A stretch of 64,000 nt of DNA, taken from an uncultured Prevotellaceae bacterium (lineage in GTDB: Bacteria; Bacteroidota; Bacteroidia; Bacteroidales; Bacteroidaceae). Below are positions 60,651 through 64,000 of the stretch, one piece after another; the stretch's first letter is position 1, and every line of letters begins with the position of its first letter. The notes below the pieces were generated by a model. That model did not search any database and was not told the origin of the DNA. It worked only from the letters and a program-made list of their open reading frames with translations. The DNA lies in the NCBI GenBank assembly GCA_900318885.1, contig ONMN01000001.1:93068-157067 (forward strand). Direction: 5' to 3'. The translations under genes and the position numbers were made by a program.

Positions 60651-61103
60651 TTATTCCTTATTTTTTGTATCCATACAGATGGTCACAGGGCCGTCGTTCA
60701 GCAATTCTACCTTCATATCAGCGCCAAATTCTCCTGTGCCAACAGGTTTGGCCAGTTGGTCACTAAGTTGCTTACAGAAGGCCTCATACAGTGGGATAGA
60801 GTGCTCGTGACTGCCTGCCCTGAACCAACTCGGTCTATTGCCTTTTTTATAGCTTGCAAACAGTGTGAACTGGCTCACAACCAGTGCCTCGCCTTGTACA
60901 TCAAGTATCGAGCGGTTCATGACGTCGTTTTCGTCGCCAAACACGCGTAGATTGGCAATCTTCTTCACCAGCCATTCCACGTCCTCCATCGTGTCCTCAT
61001 CGCACACGCCAAGAAGTATCAAGAACCCTTGTTCTATCTGGCTCTTGACACTGCCCTCGATGGTGACGCTGGCATGGGTAACTCGTTGTATGACGGCTCT
61101 CAT
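60651..61103 (-). CDS. dtd: D-aminoacyl-tRNA deacylase
   Basis: MRAVIQRV, VSQFTL, KGNRPS, FGADM, NDGPVT. Confidence 0.96.
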   Translation of the reverse strand: MRAVIQRVTHASVTIEGSVKSQIEQGFLILLGVCDEDTMEDVEWLVKKIANLRVFGDENDVMNRSILDVQGEALVVSQFTLFASYKKGNRPSWFRAGSHEHSIPLYEAFCKQLSDQLAKPVGTGEFGADMKVELLNDGPVTICMDTKNKE

Positions 61104-61182
61104 TATTCTCTGAATTTTCGGCAAAGATACAACATTATTTTGAGAAAACCAAATTTTGTTCGACTTAACTTTTTTGAAGTCT

Positions 61183-61352
61183 TGTTGCGTTGCAATGTTG
61201 CAATAAGGAGTATAATAGTTATAGGAATGTATAATTATTGAATATGAATAGTATAAATATTAATTTCTATTTATCATAATCTCGCAAGATTATCCAATAC
61301 CCCTTTCGTGTTTGATGGTGGAAGGTGCTTATTGCAACATTGCAACGCAACA
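61183..61352. repeat. Perfect 25-bp inverted repeats around a 120-bp AT-rich spacer
   Basis: tgttgcgttgcaatgttgcaataag (61183..61207) / cttattgcaacattgcaacgcaaca (61328..61352). Confidence 0.85.
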
Positions 61353-61378
61353 TTGCAACAAGCCCGCCAAATTTACGC

Positions 61379-61610
61379 TCTGCTTAGAGAAAAATTGTTC
61401 CCTGCCTATGGAATTTTTGCGCGCTGCCTAGGGAGATAAAATTCCCTCCTTGGGAATAAATAATTTACTACCGGTAAGCGGGCGGTTTAGTTCCTTTGGA
61501 TTACCCTTTTACTTCCCAAGGACTGCCTGCTTACTTCCCAAGGGTCGCCTGAATACTTCCCAATGGTCACGTGCTTACTTCTCAAGGATAGCGAGATTAC
61601 TTCCTTAGTG
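61379..61610. repeat. 22-bp x11 phased degenerate satellite
   Basis: Cores every 22 nt from 61379 to 61599 (e.g. acttcccaagg at 61511 and 61533). Confidence 0.8.
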
Positions 61611-63441
61611 CATACTCTTCAGGATGAAAATAATCAAAAACGATTCGAGCTTTTGCTGGGCCTATGATCTCTGCTATTTTTTCCTGCGACGCCTCTTTGA
61701 TTTGCTTGACGGATTTTAGGCCATTTAGAAGCTCGTCACGCGTTTTTGGGCCGATACCCTTGATGTCATCCAGCTCGGAGTGTAAGGCGCGCTTAGAACG
61801 CTTGTTTCGATGGAATTCTATGGCGAAGCGGTGTACCTCGTCTTGTAGTTGTGTGAGCACTCTGAATAGCTCTGACGTATCCTTCATACCCACCACTCTT
61901 GGCGGAAAACCATATAGCAGTTCATTGGTTCTGTGTTTGTCATTTTTAGCTAATCCTGCAATCGGGATATCCAGTCCTAACTCGTCCTGAACGGCCTGAC
62001 GTATGACCTCCATTTGTCCTTTACCGCCATCAGCGACAATGAGGTCGGGTAGGGGCTGTTGTTCCTGTATGAGGCGTTGATAACGTCTTAAAACAACCTC
62101 TTTCATTGACGCGTAATCGTCAGGACCAACTACTGTTTTGATGTTATATTTGCGATAATCCTGCTTCGAGGGTTTCATCTTTTTGAATACAACACAAGCT
62201 GCTACAGCGTCTGTTCCTGAGATGTTCGAGTTGTCAAAACACTCTATCTGATAAGGCATCTTTGGCAGGTGCAAAAGGTCCTGCAATTCCTTCATCAATC
62301 GCACCTGTTTTTGCTCTGGATTCAGCTTTTCTGCCTGCTTCAAACGATCGAATTTATACTGCTTTCCATTCATCAGCGAGAGGTCTAAAAGGGTCTTTTT
62401 ATCGCCTCGCTGAGGTACCGTAATCGTCACTCCTTCCAGGTCGATATTGACCTCCTGTGGCAGGATAATTTCCTTTGCATTGCTCTTAAAACGGTCACGC
62501 ATCTCGACGATAGCCAACTGCAATAATTCCTCGTTGGTTTCTTCGAGTTTCTTCTTGTATTCGAAGGTAAAACTTTGGTTAATCTGACCGTTTGAGACGT
62601 GGATATAGTTGATGAATGCCACCTTTTCATCGTTCGTAATCGACAGCACATCGACGTTGTTGATGGTCTGGCTGACAACCTCACTTTTGGCTACAAATTG
62701 CTCTAGCAAGATGTACCGTCGTTTAACCTCTTCTGCTTCCTCGAAACGCAATTCTTCTGCCAGTTTCATCATCTCCTCTCGCAAGTCTCGAAGTAACTGA
62801 CGGGTGTTTCCTTTTAGTATTTCACGTGCCTGATTAATGTTCTTTTGGTAGTCCTCCCATGACTGTTTTTTAATGCATGGACCAGCACAATTCTTGATAT
62901 GGTATTCTAGACAAACCTGATATTTTCCGCCATTGACGCCTTCCTCCAAAAGTGGCTGTTTACAAGTGCGAGGATGATAGAGTTTCTTGATTAAATCAAG
63001 TACTGCATGCATCGAACCAACATGCGAATAAGGACCATAATATGTGCCCCATTTCTTATTGATGGTACGGGTGGGAAATATCCTTGGTAGGTACTCTTTT
63101 GTAATGCAGATACTGGGGTAGGTTTTGCCGTCTTTCAGCAACACATTATAGCGAGGATTATACTTCTTGATGAGTGCATTTTCCAGCAATAAAGCATCCT
63201 CTTCGGTGTTGACAACAGTATAGCTAATATCGTGGATTTTCGATACCAGAACCTTCGTTTTGAAACGGTCAACTTCGGTGTGGAAGTAGGACGAGACACG
63301 CGCTTTTAGATTCTTGGCCTTACCCACATAGATAATGGTTCCATCAGCATCATAATACTGATAGCTACCAGGCTTCTCTGGCAGGGCTCTCACAATGGCT
63401 TTTAGCTTCTCTAAACGTGCCTCGTTTTCTTCTTTCGTCAT
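61597..63441 (-). CDS. uvrC: Excinuclease ABC subunit C
   Basis: GIY-YIG (IYVGKAKNL), ECFDNSN, DGGKGQ, DEVHRFA, HhH GIGPK. Confidence 0.97.
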   Translation of the reverse strand: MTKEENEARLEKLKAIVRALPEKPGSYQYYDADGTIIYVGKAKNLKARVSSYFHTEVDRFKTKVLVSKIHDISYTVVNTEEDALLLENALIKKYNPRYNVLLKDGKTYPSICITKEYLPRIFPTRTINKKWGTYYGPYSHVGSMHAVLDLIKKLYHPRTCKQPLLEEGVNGGKYQVCLEYHIKNCAGPCIKKQSWEDYQKNINQAREILKGNTRQLLRDLREEMMKLAEELRFEEAEEVKRRYILLEQFVAKSEVVSQTINNVDVLSITNDEKVAFINYIHVSNGQINQSFTFEYKKKLEETNEELLQLAIVEMRDRFKSNAKEIILPQEVNIDLEGVTITVPQRGDKKTLLDLSLMNGKQYKFDRLKQAEKLNPEQKQVRLMKELQDLLHLPKMPYQIECFDNSNISGTDAVAACVVFKKMKPSKQDYRKYNIKTVVGPDDYASMKEVVLRRYQRLIQEQQPLPDLIVADGGKGQMEVIRQAVQDELGLDIPIAGLAKNDKHRTNELLYGFPPRVVGMKDTSELFRVLTQLQDEVHRFAIEFHRNKRSKRALHSELDDIKGIGPKTRDELLNGLKSVKQIKEASQEKIAEIIGPAKARIVFDYFHPEEYALRK

Positions 63442-63447
63442 GCTCTA

Positions 63448-63463
63448 TGTTTCACGTGGAACA
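63448..63463. promoter_or_regulatory. parS centromere-like site
   Basis: TGTTTCACGTGGAACA, one mismatch to TGTTTCACGTGAAACA, in the 22-bp apt-uvrC gap. Confidence 0.85.
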
Positions 63464-63991
63464 TTAAACGGTTATCAATGTGGTAACCTCCACATCATCG
63501 AACACGTCTCTACCATGCAACCCCTCATCAGTAATTTCAATGAGGAAGTTCACCATAATTCCTTTGGGATTGAATTTCTTCACCAAGTTACATGCAGCTC
63601 GCATCGTTCCACCTGTTGCCAAGAGATCGTCGTGAAGCAAAACGATGTCTTTATCGTTGATGGCATCTTCATGAATTTCGATAGTGTCAGTTCCATATTC
63701 TTTCGCGTAACTTTCCTGCACGGTCGCGGCAGGTAGTTTTCCAGGTTTTCGTGCCAAAACCACTCCTGCTCCCAGTTTAACTGCCAATGCTGAAGCCATC
63801 ACAAAACCTCGACTCTCAATGCCAACGATTTTGGTGATTCCTTTGTTTTTGTAAATCTCATAGAGTTCGTCTACCATGATTTGTAGACAAGCAGGGTTTT
63901 TAAATAAAGTCGTCACGTCACGGAAGTTGATGCCCTTCTGTGGAAAATCTGGAATACAGCGAAGATTCGCCATCAATGTTTTGTTGTTCAT
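63464..63991 (-). CDS. apt: Adenine phosphoribosyltransferase
   Basis: IPDFPQKGINFRD, GIESRGF, RKPGKLP, HDDLLATGGT. Confidence 0.96.
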   Translation of the reverse strand: MNNKTLMANLRCIPDFPQKGINFRDVTTLFKNPACLQIMVDELYEIYKNKGITKIVGIESRGFVMASALAVKLGAGVVLARKPGKLPAATVQESYAKEYGTDTIEIHEDAINDKDIVLLHDDLLATGGTMRAACNLVKKFNPKGIMVNFLIEITDEGLHGRDVFDDVEVTTLITV

Positions 63992-64000
63992 AATCCTTGG

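Noticed and set aside
61379-61610. Satellites as CRISPR arrays
   Set aside because: The period is only 21-22 bp, there is no constant repeat plus unique spacer structure, and no cas genes are present.

Overview
Chromosomal window from a Bacteroidales genome, most likely Prevotella-like and of gut or rumen origin (TAnnTTTG promoters, T9SS C-terminal domains, gene repertoire). It holds about 45 CDS: housekeeping genes (glnA type III, acpP-fabF-rnc, pdxB, ychF, lgt, mutS, leuS, rdgB, nadA, polA, deoC, dtd, uvrC, apt), CAZymes (GH13, CE1 x2, GH3 x2, GH95, GH2 x2), a serpin/ECF/dual-membrane anti-sigma module, three BspA-type LRR T9SS cargo genes and a RAYT-like HUH transposase. A DnaA-box cluster between nadA and a SpoU gene plus a parS site indicate the replication origin. 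No rRNA, tRNA or CRISPR array was seen. The most unusual signals are non-coding: (1) a ~75-bp two-hairpin element in 3 full copies and 1 partial copy, bounded by a direct repeat and carrying an internal 8-nt antisense copy of that repeat which co-varies with it (candidate guide-targeted mini-element that usually ends in a promoter box); (2) a 21-bp palindrome family found in frame inside genes; (3) several phased 21/22-bp satellites; (4) an attenuator-like structured leader upstream of the LRR genes. All family assignments come from motif recognition, not from database searches.
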